A stretch of 57,996 nt of DNA, filler included, from Sphacelaria rigidula (taxonomy: Eukaryota): NCBI GenBank assembly GCA_964200075.2. It is 2 parts of 2 records of this genome, joined end to end, with 100 filler letters (N's around TTAATTAATTAA, not from the genome) between each part and the next. Parts side by side here need not be neighbours in the genome. Positions count along the whole stretch, not along the records: positions 29,073 to 57,996 come from CAXNAA020000092.1; 1 more part is not named here. The stretch is one strand, 5' to 3'. The position numbers and the translations under genes are program-made. The notes beneath the pieces were generated by a model. The model was given only the letters and a program-made list of their open reading frames with translations, did no database searches and was not told the DNA's origin. Positions within the stretch are counted from its first letter, which is position 1, and every line of letters starts with the position of its first letter. Shown here in pieces: positions 38,647 through 50,807 of this stretch.

Positions 38647-40502
38647 ATGGGGTCAGCGCAGCAGACATCCTTCGCTTGTGGATGAAAGCGCTCGAGCCTT
38701 ACGCGGACGCTGCTTGCTCAGACAAAGAGCGGAGCAAACGCAAGCTGCAGTAAAACACACCACACTCTCTATTCTCGACCTTCAGCGCAGCATACATCCT
38801 TTGTTTGTGGATGGAAGCGCTCGGGCCTCACGCTGACGCTGCTTTCTCAGAGAAGGAGTGGAGCAAAAGCAAGCTGCAGTAAAACACACCACGCGCTCTC
38901 TCTAATCGACCCGCGGTGGGGTCAGCGCAGCAGACATCCTTCGTTTGTGGATGGAAGCGCTCGGGCCTCACGCGGACGCTGCTTGCTCAGACAAAGAGTG
39001 GAGCAAAAGCGAGCTGCAGTAAAATACACCACGTTCTCTCTACTCGACCCGCGGTGGGGTCAGCGCAGCAGACATCCTTCGTTTGTGGATGGAAGCGCTC
39101 GGGCCTCACGCGGACGCTGCTTGCTCAGAGAAAGAGTGGAGCAAAAGCAAGCTGCAGTAAAACACACCACACACTCTCTAAACGACCCGCGGTGGGGTCG
39201 GCGAAGCAGACATCCTTCGTTTGTGGATGAAAGCGCTCGGGCCTCACGCGGACGCTGCTTTCTCAGAGAAGGAGTGGAGCAAAAGCAAGCTGCAGTAAAA
39301 CACACCACGTTCTCTGTACTCGACCCGCGGTGGGATTAGCGAAGCAGACATCTTTTGTTTGCGGATGGAAGCGCTCGGGCCTCACGCGGACGCTGGTTGC
39401 TCAGATAGAGAGTGGAGCAAAAGCAAGCTGGAGTTAAACACAACACATTCTCTCTACTCGACCCGCGGTGGGATCAGCGAAGCAGACGTCCTTCGTTTGT
39501 GGATGGAAGCGCTCGGGCCTCACGCGGACGCTGCTTTCTCAGAGAAGGAGTGGAGCAAAAGCAAGCTGCAGTACAACACACCACGTTCTCTCTTATCGAC
39601 CTTGAGCAGCAGAGACCCTCCGCCTGTGGATGGAAGCGCTCGGGCCTCACACGGACGCTGCTTCCTCAAAGAAGGAGTGGAGCAAACGCAAGCTGCAGTA
39701 CAACACACCACACTCTCTCATCGACCCGCGGTGGGATCAGCGAAGCAGACATCTCTTGTTTGTGGATGGAAGCCCTCGGGCCCCACGCGGACGCTGGTTG
39801 CTCAGAGAAAGAGTGGAGCAAACGCAAGCTGCAGTACAACACACCATGCTCTCTCCTCTCGACCTTCAGCAGCAGACATCCTTCGTTCGTGGATGAAAGC
39901 GCTCGGGCCTCACACGGACGCTGCTTTCTCAGAGAAGGAGTGGAGCAAAAGCAAGCTGCAGTACAACACACCACGTTCTCTCTTCTCGACCTTCAGCAGC
40001 AGACGTCCTTCGTCTGTGGATGGAAGCGCTCGGGCCTCACACGGATGCTGCTTCCTCAAAGAAGGAGTGGAGCAAACGCAAGCTGCAGTAAAACATACCA
40101 CACTCTCTCTACTCGACCCGCGGTGGGGTCAGCGAAGCAGACATCTTTCGTTTGTGGATGAAAGCGCTCGGGCCTCACGCGGACGCTGCTTTCTCAGAGA
40201 AGGAGTGGAGCAAAAGCAACCTACAGCAAAACACACCACGTTCTCTCTTCTCGACCTTCAGCAGCAGACGTCCTTCGTTCGTGGATGGAAGCGCTCGGGC
40301 CTCACGCGGACGCTGGTTTCTCAGACAAAGAGCGGAGCAAAAGCACACCGCAGTTAAACACACCACGTTCTCAGTACTCGACCCGCGGTGGGATCAGCGC
40401 AGCAGATATCCTTTGTTTCTGGATGGAAGCGCTCGGGCCTTACGCCGACGCTGCTCTCTGAGAGAGAGAGTGGAGCAAAAGCAAGCTGCAGTACAACACA
40501 CC
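38647..40502 (+). repeat. Tandem array of ~120-135-bp units (about 14 copies)
   Basis: GCAGACATCCTTCGTTTGTGGATGGAAGCGCTCGGGCCTCACGCGGACGCTGC...GAGTGGAGCAAAAGCAAGCTGCAGTAAAACACACCAC, with two linker variants (GACCCGCGGTGGG and GACCTTCAG). Confidence 0.95.
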
Positions 40503-40833
40503 AGACCTCTTGTGTCGAATCTACTCGCACACACACTCACGTGCTCATCCGCATACACAAAAGAGCTGGTCATTGCTTCAACCGAGATTATGTGCTGTAG
40601 CGGGAATTATTTCCTGGCGAGTCGTGTTTCTTCAAGGGGAGATTTTGGTAAGTCATATTTCCGGAAACGGCCTGTGTGAGAACTACTGTTTGTTTGACGA
40701 TGTCTACTGGTACCAAGAACACACCTGACCTGGATTCCGCCCTCACCTAGCACGGCTTCCTAGGTTCAATTGAAGTCCATTTTCCTCTCTTCGCACAAAT
40801 GCGTAGAACGCGGCGCATTTTCAACTAAAAACA

Positions 40834-40930
40834 CCGGGGACTGTATCTATGCATCCCCGGTTTTTGAGCCGGGGACTATATCTGTACATCCCCGGTTTTT
40901 GAGCCGGGGACTGTGTATGTGTATCCCCGG
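40834..40930. repeat. Three tandem hairpin units CCGGGGA-N13-TCCCCGG
   Basis: Directly visible; units are joined by TTTTTGAG. Confidence 0.85.
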
Positions 40931-41076
40931 TTCCCCTAGGTATACGGAATATGAACTACTTTGGTGTGCCTCTGGTCCGTCTCACACACACGACTTGACT
41001 TTCTCACCTGAGCGACAGCGTGAAACGAAGCGATAGAGACGAGCACGACAGAAACAACTTCCCATCTGAGCTGCAG

Positions 41077-43470
41077 CGACACATGCGGCGAGAAAGACGG
41101 GCACGGCAACAGCACCCGAAGGTTTCTGTGCAAGCTCTACCACCCTGCCCTCATGCACACACTTCCCTTCTGAGCTACATCGACAGACGCGGTGGCAGAG
41201 GCGAATACAGCAACAGCAGCCGAAGGAGAGGCGCAGGCAACAACAAGAGCAACCCTGTCACCTGTGATGGATTCTACTCCAGAAGAAGCAGTGCCTTTGG
41301 TTCTGGAGAAGGGTACCACTTTCCCCACCCAAAAAGACGCATATGGGGCAACAGATGTAGAGGCCACATGGAAACATGTGAAGGCTAGCGTCGTCTCAGG
41401 GAGTGGACGCCGTGGTTTCAAGGAACGCTTGGTTGTCAAGACGAGAAAAATGGCGAGAGCTCGAAACTGTTGCTTGCTGTGCGACGTGCGTCAGATTGAA
41501 AACTCCCATAATGTACATGGAGCTATGATCTTCGAAATTCTCCGCATGCATCTTTTGTGCCGCAACAAAATGACTCCTCTCTCCGTTCTCTGTCTCAGCG
41601 TGTTTCCCCGGAGCTCTGGTAGACACACAAGGATGGAGGTCAGATGTTTTGCACAAGGGAAGCCGGGTGGAACCACTTCACAGAAGGCAAGTTGGTACAG
41701 TTGTTTCCTGAACTAGAGCACATTCGCCACATTAGACCTGTGGTGACGTTGTTGATGTTTCAAACCAGCAACAATGATAATTCCAATCTTTCTGTCGTGT
41801 TGTCCATTCCAGACCGACTGCAAATTGCAGGTGGCAATAACGTGGCCGGCAACGGCGCCCCCGTCAAGTACAATAGTGATGCTTGAGCACAGCCGTGGCT
41901 GCAGGATGGAAGAAGTTGTCATGGGACTCAACAACAGAAACCTGACTGAGGAACATGATAGTGCGAGAATGCGGCCTCTACCTGCGAAAAGAAAGAGACA
42001 GCACCAGATCCCGTGCCGTGGACGCAAGGCAGTGAGCGAGGAGACCGCGACCGTACCCGTGTGCATCACAGCATCACATGATCGCGAGCAAGGGGCAGAG
42101 ACTCAAAAAAGAGGCCGAAAACGCACTGGAGTCATTCGATGCTGAACAAGGGACAGGAAATCAGGAGGAGGGGGAAGAGCCGGAGGCGGTGGCCGAAGCG
42201 GGCATGGAGGCGACAGCGGCCGCGGAAGAAGTACACGCGGAGGCGGAGGCGGGGGCGGGGATGGAACGCGATGAACACGTACGTCTACAATATTTGAAAC
42301 GTTGCCACCCTAGTCTTTCCCAAACTCTCAAAACTCTTGACCATACACGAACGCTGACGAACACACATGTTTTTCGACCAGACACCGGATGTTACGAGGA
42401 ACGAGACAAGGGTTCGGTTCGAGATGTCCATATCCGACCTGGACGTAAAAACACGCGATGTACTGATGGGACTATTCGAGGGCGGCCATATATTGGATGG
42501 TATTGAGTCGTGTGGAGAGGATAACAAGAACGACGGCTTCAACAACGGAATGTTTTCATGTTTCGTTGGCATGAGAGAATCCCCGGAGGCGGGTAGTCGT
42601 AGAAGCGGAGGTGCTTTCTGGGGCCATGGGACTCTAAGGAAACGTTTTTCAGAGAATGCCTTCATCGCATGCATGAAGGCGCTGATTCCCTTCGTACTGG
42701 AAGGCGACGCCCCTGTCCTGTCGCCGATGGGTGAGATGATGCTCTTCGCCTCTCGTAAAGGTGTGGCTCGCCTTGGCTACATCGGCAAGAAGTCCGGGAG
42801 GGGGCCGCTTAATCTGAACCCGGATTTGACGGATAAGTGGCGCACTGGATCCGTATCGGACGAGCAATTGCGAGGCACGCATAACGGAGGAACGCTCACC
42901 ATTGACAACACAGAGGTGCGTTGTTTCGCGCTTCTCAGCATACGTTGCCTTCAAGCACAGTTTTACTGCATGTACAAAACTCGGTTTGACGAAGAACTGG
43001 CGGTATCTACTGCTACAACAGGTGGACAAGAAGACGGACAGGACGTGCAGCGCCACACTGAAAAACGACGCCGTGACTAGGATGATTCGAGAAGAGACTA
43101 GAATGGGACAGCTGTGCTTTCCACGCAGGGGTACACACAGGGGTGGGAGTTTGACCGGTACTTCAGCAGACGGCGTTGCATGGGGGGTAGCGAGTGTATG
43201 CTTTTTGCGAAAGACGGTGGTATGACAAACCCGCACGTGGACGTGCAATCTGTCCCGGGAGGAACAGGGAAAATAATCCACATGCCCGCAGCGGGCATCA
43301 TACGGAAAGTTAACCACGCAGACACCCAGGGGCCGGCAAAACAGGCCATCGTGGTGCATGCGGACGATATGTCTAGGGTGATCGAAACGCTGAAAATAGA
43401 CACCGGGAAGGAATCCACCAGTCAGTACAGTGGAAGCTCCAGACGCTTCCGGAGTTCGCGAGAGTGCTGA
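41077..43470 (+). pseudogene. Spliced gene or pseudogene: WRKY/GCM1/FAR1-like Zn finger, acidic linker and JmjC/cupin-like domain
   Basis: Segments include KGTTFPTQKDAY...CCLLCD and TDCKLQVAITW...VMLEHSRGC, an E/A-rich linker and ORF 42367-42916. They end with MLFAKDGGMTNPHVD...GPAKQAIVVH (JmjC-like T-x-x-H-x-D...K). The exon structure is only partly resolved and frame breaks are likely. Confidence 0.5.
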
Positions 43471-44015
43471 GAGGTGCTGGGATTAGGTTTGTGGTGATGA
43501 ATTTTCCTGCGCGCTGCTCTTACGCCCTGCCCGCGAAGTGTGCACACGTGTTTATTACGGTAGGGTTGGTTGAGAGCTCGGCTTGACACCCTGTTTTCAG
43601 TCAGAAGATGCCCTATTCATCGTGACGTTGGTTCTGTTTTTGGTCACCAAGATGCGGTTTGAGAGGTAAAAAGTAACGGGCCTGCTTACCAAAAACCTAT
43701 TGCCTCGGAGCGGGCTGAATCCCGTGCACCTACTCCTTCCTCCCGTGCATAATCAGCCTACGGGAAGGGTTAGCGGAAGCCGAAAGTGATTTGCACGCTG
43801 TACATGTTGCACTGAAAACAATTTAAGCGGCTAGGTAAAGTGGTGACGCGCGTGACCTCTGTTTCGAATCGTGTGAAGATGCTCGATGCGTTGATATGAA
43901 GGTTGCGAGGAAATGTGTCCAAACGTTCCCAACACATTCTTTTACGAAGCGTGTATTGATGCAAGTGTTGGCACGCGTGTCACCCCCTGCCTGAAAAAAG
44001 CTCTTGAACCAAAGC

Positions 44016-44515
44016 ATGAACCCCGACACGGTCTCACACACCCTCTTCTTCTGCGGCAACGCATACCTCTACGTTGCGAACGTCAACAAGACGTGGAGGC
44101 GGGCGTACGGCCCCTCCAACAACAAACACCTGTGTGCTACGCCGTCGCGTCTCTACCAAGGGTCCGCGGCGTCCTGGCAGCTCTTATACTACAACGACTC
44201 TAAACAACACCGCTTTCTTCCGCGCATGAGAAATTGGCAATGTAGATTCTCTCGACCAACTACTCGCGAACAAACCACCGACGGCACCGTACGCGTGTAC
44301 AGCGGGGGGTGTCGGGGGTGGAAACTTGCAGACTCTCTCGCGGGCAGTCGCTAACGGCTTCCCTCTCGACAGATTTGTTTGCCACAAAGCAGCGAGCGCG
44401 GGAAATCTTGGAACGTTGAAGTGGGCTCTGGGCAAGGGTTGACCGTGGGATCCGGAGCGCTGCAACGACGAACCAAGCAGAAATGGGCACGTGATAGATG
44501 GTCATATGGAAGCGT
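44016..44515 (+). pseudogene. Ankyrin-repeat pseudogene of the giant-virus/algal 'GCPWD' type
   Basis: N-terminal YLYVANVNKTWRRAY is followed, after a frameshift, by GGNLQTLSRAVANGFPLDRFVCHKAASAGNLGTLKWALGKG*PWDPERC...NGHV. TGA at 44440 sits at the expected Cys position. Confidence 0.75.
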
Positions 44516-44574
44516 TGGCTGAAAAGGATTCGCTGACAGCGAGAACGGACCTCAACCCCGCCAGCCCCAAGGAG

Positions 44575-45223
44575 CCTCTAAAGAGAGCTGAAGAATAGTT
44601 GCACTAAGCGCGGAAAGAACTTCAAGGGCCTTTCATCCATAATCGTGAATCCCCGGGGCGAGGAGTCTCTGCAACACATCACGCGAGAGTACATCGTGGA
44701 TCTGCCGAAACAGATGCTGAATATCGATGTGCTCGTCAGGTTTTTCTTAAAGCTGTACTCATTGGATCAAAACGTTAACTCTCGGGCGTAGGAAAGACAA
44801 ATATACCCAGGTTTGTAGCAAACATGATTGGACAGCCGTGTCAAAGGACAACGCGTACGACAGAATTTTGCACATGCCGGGTGAAAATACCCAAGAAGCT
44901 GTTCAGAGGTATAAGGAGAGTGTCCCAGCAGCCTACATGGATCACTAACGCCGGTGGTTTTCAAGCACAACCACTCCCCTGAGCCCTGTTAGAGGAAATT
45001 GCACGAGAAGGATCGCGACAAGGGTCTGGGCATGATCGCTGTGAGCGTAAACGACCGACTCAATCGGCTGGTAAGAAAATTCGGCTTGTAGAATGTTCAC
45101 GACAGCTTTCTTTTCCGTATGAACGTCATATTCTCCAGTGTTACTTCTGACCATCATCATGACGGACACGAAAAGGGTTGATGTGGAGAAGTTCACGTCG
45201 CGGTCACCGCTGCAACGTAACAT
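44575..45223 (-). pseudogene. Disrupted orphan ORF
   Basis: Consecutive protein-like minus-strand segments (44945-45223, 44767-44970) broken by stops and frameshifts. Confidence 0.3.
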
Positions 45224-45854
45224 AAAATCGATCGTCGTTTGATTGTTTTCAACTCTCCCACATCTCGTTGACCGCGCTCTCTATCCCTTCAAACACCTGC
45301 GCGCGCGACACACAACAGACAAATTGGATCAGGCACTTTTAGCACTTTTGCAACACACAAACCCAAGCCACTCACATTTGCCCTGGCATCAACAGGAAGC
45401 TCGCGTAGCACCTCGTCGCGGCAGGTGGCCTCCCACTTTCAAGCAACACTTCTTGCAAAGATTGACGAGCCACGCCCACGGCACCATAAAGTCAGCAGTA
45501 GACGTCGTCGTTGCAGTCCTCCGGGGGACGTGCGGTCAGTCTGCAGGGAATTGATGGGGAAATAAGGTCGCTGAAAGTTTTGATGCGCTTGGCCCGTGCG
45601 CAGGTAGTTGAGCCTACCGCTTCGCCGCTGTTGCTGTTGCAGCGGCGGCGGTGGCGTTTACTGATTGCTGGCAGGAATGGGACAGGTCGCATCGTCACCT
45701 GGCGCGTAAGCTACTATCAGCGTGATTTGAGACTCTATCGCGTGTGACCAAGCATGAAAGGGGTGAGAGGACACAGAGAAGGAGCAGGACACGCCCGAAA
45801 CATTGCAGAACTCGCCTTCCTCTTCTCCAGTAGAATCAGGGGTACAGTTATAAC

Positions 45855-46140
45855 AGGGCTGTCGGCGCCCTCGATTTCCTCCACGGTCAAATCGATGATC
45901 GAGGGTGGCTATCGGCGCCCTCGCCTTCCTCAGGATTGATCTTCACGAAGATCGAAGCTGTCACGTGAAGGGGGTAGTCGCAACGGGGCTGTCCGCGCCC
46001 TCGCCTTCCTCGGGGTCGATCTTCACAGAGGTCGAAAGTGGCACTGTGAAGGGGGAATCGTAGCAGGCCTTTCGGCGCCCTCGTCTTCCTATGCGTCGAT
46101 CTTGACAACGATCAACATGGCATCGTGAAGGGGATATTCG
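45855..46140 (-). repeat. Degenerate ~50-95-bp repeats (GGCGCCCTCGCCTTCCTC core)
   Basis: About 4 copies; the minus strand reads VKIDPEEGEGADS-like peptides. Confidence 0.65.
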
Positions 46141-46945
46141 CAGGCAGCAGGGTTGTGTGCGCCTAAGGAATCTGCCGTCCAATACAAGCAGTAACATCTC
46201 AGTGAGGCAAAGTTGATGTTACGTCTCATTCTCGCCCTCTCCGTCTCTGTTTCTGCCAGTGTCGCTGTTGTTGATCTTTCCGCTCTATGCCTCTGCGACA
46301 TCTATCAGCCATCCATCAGCATAACTTGGGTCACTGCGAAAGTGTAGATGCTTTGACCCATACGGGACATTTTTGCGAGTTGACGAATAACTGGATTCAG
46401 AAAGATTCCCGTGTCAATCAAGCTTGGGGTATTTCTTCCATTGTTGCGACTACCACGGTCGCTGCGGTTGCATCCATTGCTGCTGCTGTGGTTATTGCGG
46501 TTGTTGCCAAGCAAACACAGGTTGGGTGGAAGGCTTAGCTTGTACCGATAGTTTGATGTGCAGCGGAAAACAGCTGCCCAGCGCCCAATAAGCTCAAACC
46601 GTGGCGTTAAATGTTTCGAGAGAGCGACTCAAAACAGGTTTTTGCTCTTTGCTGGCTCTTTGTGGAGCGGGCGCGACCAAAAACATTGGGCGAGAGGATC
46701 GGTAAACCCTGAGGTACAATACGAGGGGGTCCGCCTTTCCAAGTATGACGATGCTCTACGATGCTCCAGTTTGCTCTGGCTCTTTTGAAACCATTTAAAA
46801 CATGGCTTCAGCCTTGTGAGTTGGACAGGTGTACCACGTAGTCTGGCAACTCTTGATTTGGCCTTTGGGTCAAACTAAGGGTTGTGAATACACAAACTGT
46901 CTCATGGTACCGTCGAATAGTGCACAGCGTACGGAGTGGGGATTG

Positions 46946-47353
46946 GTTGCATGGGTGATTGTGGCTTGGCTCATGCACCAAACCGAGCTCGCGGTTGTCG
47001 ATGTTGGCACGGCGTGGGGTTGATACCTGCACCGCTGTGCCGACTAACAACCGTCGGACCGCGCCTCTGTATCAACGGGACTTGTCTCGGATAGTACACA
47101 GCGTCCAGAGTGGTGATTGGTCGCGTGAGTCAGAGTGCCTTGCTGTAGTCGCTAATGTTCTGCCTTTGACTGTAGTCGTAGGGCCTATGAAAGTGGCATC
47201 TTGGCTCATGCACCAAACCGAGCTCGCGGTTGTCGATGTTGGCACGGCATGAGGTTGATACCTGCACCGCTGTGCCGAGTACCAACCGTCGGACCGCGCC
47301 TCTGTATCAACGGGGCTTGTCTCGGATGGTACACAGCGTCCAGAGTGGTGATT
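46946..47353 (+). repeat. ~150-bp near-identical direct repeat (about 46965-47117 and 47200-47353)
   Basis: CTTGGCTCATGCACCAAACCGAGCTCGCGG...ACACAGCGTCCAGAGTGGTGATT occurs twice. Confidence 0.9.
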
Positions 47354-47809
47354 TGTTGCCTAAGTCAGTGTGGCGAAGTTCGCGTGCAAAGCCCTTGGCC
47401 TTATACTTGTTAGCTTTGCTTTGTTTTTCGGGTAGTAAAGCATCGTGGTATTCTTTGAACGTCATCACGCCATCACGCTCCCATTTGTTTTTAGTGTGGA
47501 GATGCCTACGCGCGGATTGGCGAAGAAGACGGACTTGTTCGCTGCGACATCTTCTTCCTGGTGGCGGTGTCGCGACGTGTAGCACGGTGGCCTGTTCACG
47601 TTCTTCTTGGTGACGATGGTAGAAACACTTGAGCTTCCGAGATGCTCAAGTTTACGACAGGGCGTCAGAGCGAGATGTGTCACCAAAATGTATGGGATTT
47701 AGAGAGTGATGACGTGTACGATGACGTCTCACTGCGATGGGGGGTAGAAAAGAGGCACTCGGGGTTGTTGGAACAATCTCGAGCATTTTTGAGGGGTCTG
47801 ACGCGCGGG

Positions 47810-48770
47810 TGGCCAAACTGGGGGTATTCTGTTAGCGCTGGGTCGGCCAGTCCATTGACTCGGTGACGAGTAACAGCGCGCAGTCCTTTTTTCATGGTCG
47901 AAGTGTGAAGGGCGCGTGCAAGCACAAACGCGTATCCTTTCGAGTAGATGGAGGTCCTGCGGTACTGTAGTGGTAGAGTACGAAGTTGGTCACGGAAGCA
48001 CGCGCATGTAAAATAACAACCTATGTGTTGCACTCGTTTGACACGCCAAGACTTGATTCCACGAGCAGCTGGCCACCACGTCGGCGCTCTGGGACACTGA
48101 GGATCTTCTGTTAGCGCTGGGTCGGCCAGTCCATTGACTCGGTGACGAGTAACAGCGCGCAGTCGTTTCCTCCGGTCGAAGTGTGACGGGCGGGTGCAGA
48201 CACACATGCGTGCGGTCGAGTAGATGGAGGTTGTGCAGGTACCGCAGTCAGCGGTAGAGTACGAAGTTGGTCACGGAAGTACGCGCATGTAAAACAACAA
48301 CCTGTATGTTGCCCTCGCCTGGCACGCCAAGACTTGATTCCACGAGCAGCTGGCCACCACGTCGGCGCTCTGGGACATTGGGGATCTTCTGTTAGCGCTG
48401 GATCGGCCAGTCCATTGACTCGGTGACGAGTAACAGCGCGCAGTCGTTTCCTCCGGTCGAAGTGTGAACGGCGCGTGCAGACACAAACGCCCGTACTTTC
48501 GAGTAGATGAAGATTCTGCAGTACCCCATTGGTTAAGTACGAAGTTGGTCACGGAAGCATGCGTGTGTCAAAAGCTGTGTGTTGCGTCTGCCCGACACGC
48601 CAAAACTTGATCCCACGAGAAGCTGGCCGTCACGTCGACGCTCTGGGGAATAGGGGGATCTTCTGTTTGCGCTGGGTCGGCCAGTCCATTGAGAAACAGC
48701 GCGCAGTCGTTTTCCTCCTGTCGGAGCGTGACGGGCACGTGCGGACACAAACGCGTGTGGTCAGTAGAAA
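47810..48770. repeat. Tandem array of ~280-bp units (about 3.5 copies)
   Basis: GTACGAAGTTGGTCACGGAAG at about 47978, 48259 and 48537; GCGCTGG.TCGGCCAGTCCATTGA x4. Confidence 0.9.
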
Positions 48771-49215
48771 ATTGTGCTTAACACGTCGATAGACAACGTG
48801 AAAGAAGCGGAGTCGTCAAATCCATTCTCAATTACGTCCAGATGGATTCGCAAGCTTGTCACGGCCGGTTCTCCGTCAACATTATAGCTTGACAAAATTG
48901 ATCGTGGCTAGATCAATATTGTCACGGCCGGTTCTCCGTCAACAGAGTATGTACTCTATGGGGAGAAATCATCTTATATTGCGAACCATTATCCTGGTTT
49001 CTGGGGAACATCAGCCAGATGGTTCAAAGGCTGAACCATTACTAAAACATAACCTTTTGACTAGCGAGGGCCACACCTGCAATCCTTCTACGACGCCATC
49101 CGGAAGAACCAGTTCGATAGGTACAAGATATTCCTGGCCGGGTTGAGCATCGATCGCGAACAACAATCTCTCGTGGATATGAAGAGATCCGCTTTTAATT
49201 ACGACACCAGGCAGG

Positions 49216-49524
49216 ATGCAGCAAACATGTCAATTTGAAGAACGATACGAGACACCCACGGGACGACCGTATTGCATTCATACAAATGACAAAGATGCCA
49301 TCTTCTGGAACAATATAATCGGATACGCGAAAAAAGTAACCACGCTCGCAAGTAGCGTGGCAACGATACTTCCGGGTGGATCCAAATGCCTCGTGTCATA
49401 CTTGTATGGATTGAAGGTCAAGAGATTCATGCGTAAAAATTGTACGCTTATCGTGTGCTGCGGTTGTAAAAAGAAGATGGGCGGGGACAGGTGTCCAGCG
49501 TGTAGAGTCAAGTTCAAAGAGTAA
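49216..49524 (+). CDS. Small 102-aa ORF with C-terminal half-RING-like CxxC...CPxCR motif
   Basis: VCCGCKKKMGGDRCPACRVKF; intronless, ending in TAA TAA. Confidence 0.5.
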   Translation: MQQTCQFEERYETPTGRPYCIHTNDKDAIFWNNIIGYAKKVTTLASSVATILPGGSKCLVSYLYGLKVKRFMRKNCTLIVCCGCKKKMGGDRCPACRVKFKE

Positions 49525-50607
49525 TAAATGAATCTTGAAAAACATGGAAGCCCAGACGGGAGCGCTTCGTTCACCCCGCGACACTCTGGCTATTGCATCC
49601 CTTACAGACTTCCCGTGGTCCATTTGAGACAAAGCGCCTTCCACGCGCTTCTCCATTGGCATGACACCAGCACGAATGAATCCGTCTCGGACTGATGTCG
49701 CTCGAGCGGCGCGTGTCCGCTCGTAATCTAGCGCACGTTTGGCCTGGCTACTGTCCACGAAATCATAAAAACATATCCAACGCGAAATAAAAATTTCCTC
49801 CTCAAGCCTTTCTTTCTCCACACTGCAACTAACCGGGGTTGCATGAATTGCAAACGCCATATCCTCCTCGGGGTCTAGGTTCTTTGTAGTCTTCATGTAC
49901 TTCCTGGAAGATCCGTCTGAAATCATGGCTGCGTCGATCCACTCTTGCCTACGCCCCACATAGATCGTCCTGTCACCCGTTTGCTTCCTGTCAGCATTCC
50001 AGATCCTTTTAAAAAGGATATTACGATTCTCCTACAGTACATTACGATCCTCCCCGGATACCTTACATCGTTCCCCGAATACGAAAGGTTTTACATCTAA
50101 ATTTTCCTCTGGACAGAGGATCTTCTGTGCCATGTCCAAATAGGTGCCCTTGACGTTCTTATCGAACACGATTCTCCCCCTGTAGTTATCGAAGAACTTG
50201 TACAGTTTTTCCATGATTTCTTCGATGAGTATGGGACTACTGGTGGACTCTATCTTGATGGCCGTTTGGATACTATGACGGGATGTATACCCCACCGTGA
50301 TGAACTCGGGGCTGGCCTCACCCTTCGTCACGGCAGCCGCCATTTCCGTGATGGTTTTCTCGTCTCTGACGTTCCCCATGGATTCTGCGTCCTGAAACTC
50401 CAGAAAGATGGCACGCTGGCGTTGATTGTTCCACTTCTTGCACATATCTTTTATTTCGTCCTCTTCCAGCACGTTGGGACCATGTCCCGATGGAGACTCG
50501 ATCCCGGACCCTGACGCTGGGGGGGTGTCACCGAAAGCATTTTGCAGGGGAGGTTCGTTCGCACAACGCACCCACGCTTGTCCATTTCCTTCGTTTTCAC
50601 TCGACAT
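49396..50607 (-). pseudogene. Orphan ~403-codon ORF interrupted by a single in-frame TAG (50032-50034)
   Basis: ORFs 50032-50607 and 49396-49959 share a frame, and the intervening ENRNILFKRIWNADRKQTGDRTIY is open. Confidence 0.65.
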
Positions 50608-50807
50608 GATGGATAGATTGCTTTGCAGTGTATGAACTATGGGGGTTCCTCAATGATTGAGACCAGGTGGGGACTGTGGCAACAACACTCCTTTCGGCTC
50701 GGTAGTGTTTGCCATTAACTTTGGGTTAGGGCACCAGTCACAAATTGATTCGATCACGAGAGGTGGGTGGGAATCCATTGTCAGATGATTTGTTTGCAGA
50801 GAATAAA

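Noticed and set aside
39359-40357. 332-aa and 249-aa ORFs
   Set aside because: They are read-through of a stop-poor tandem repeat, open in several frames.
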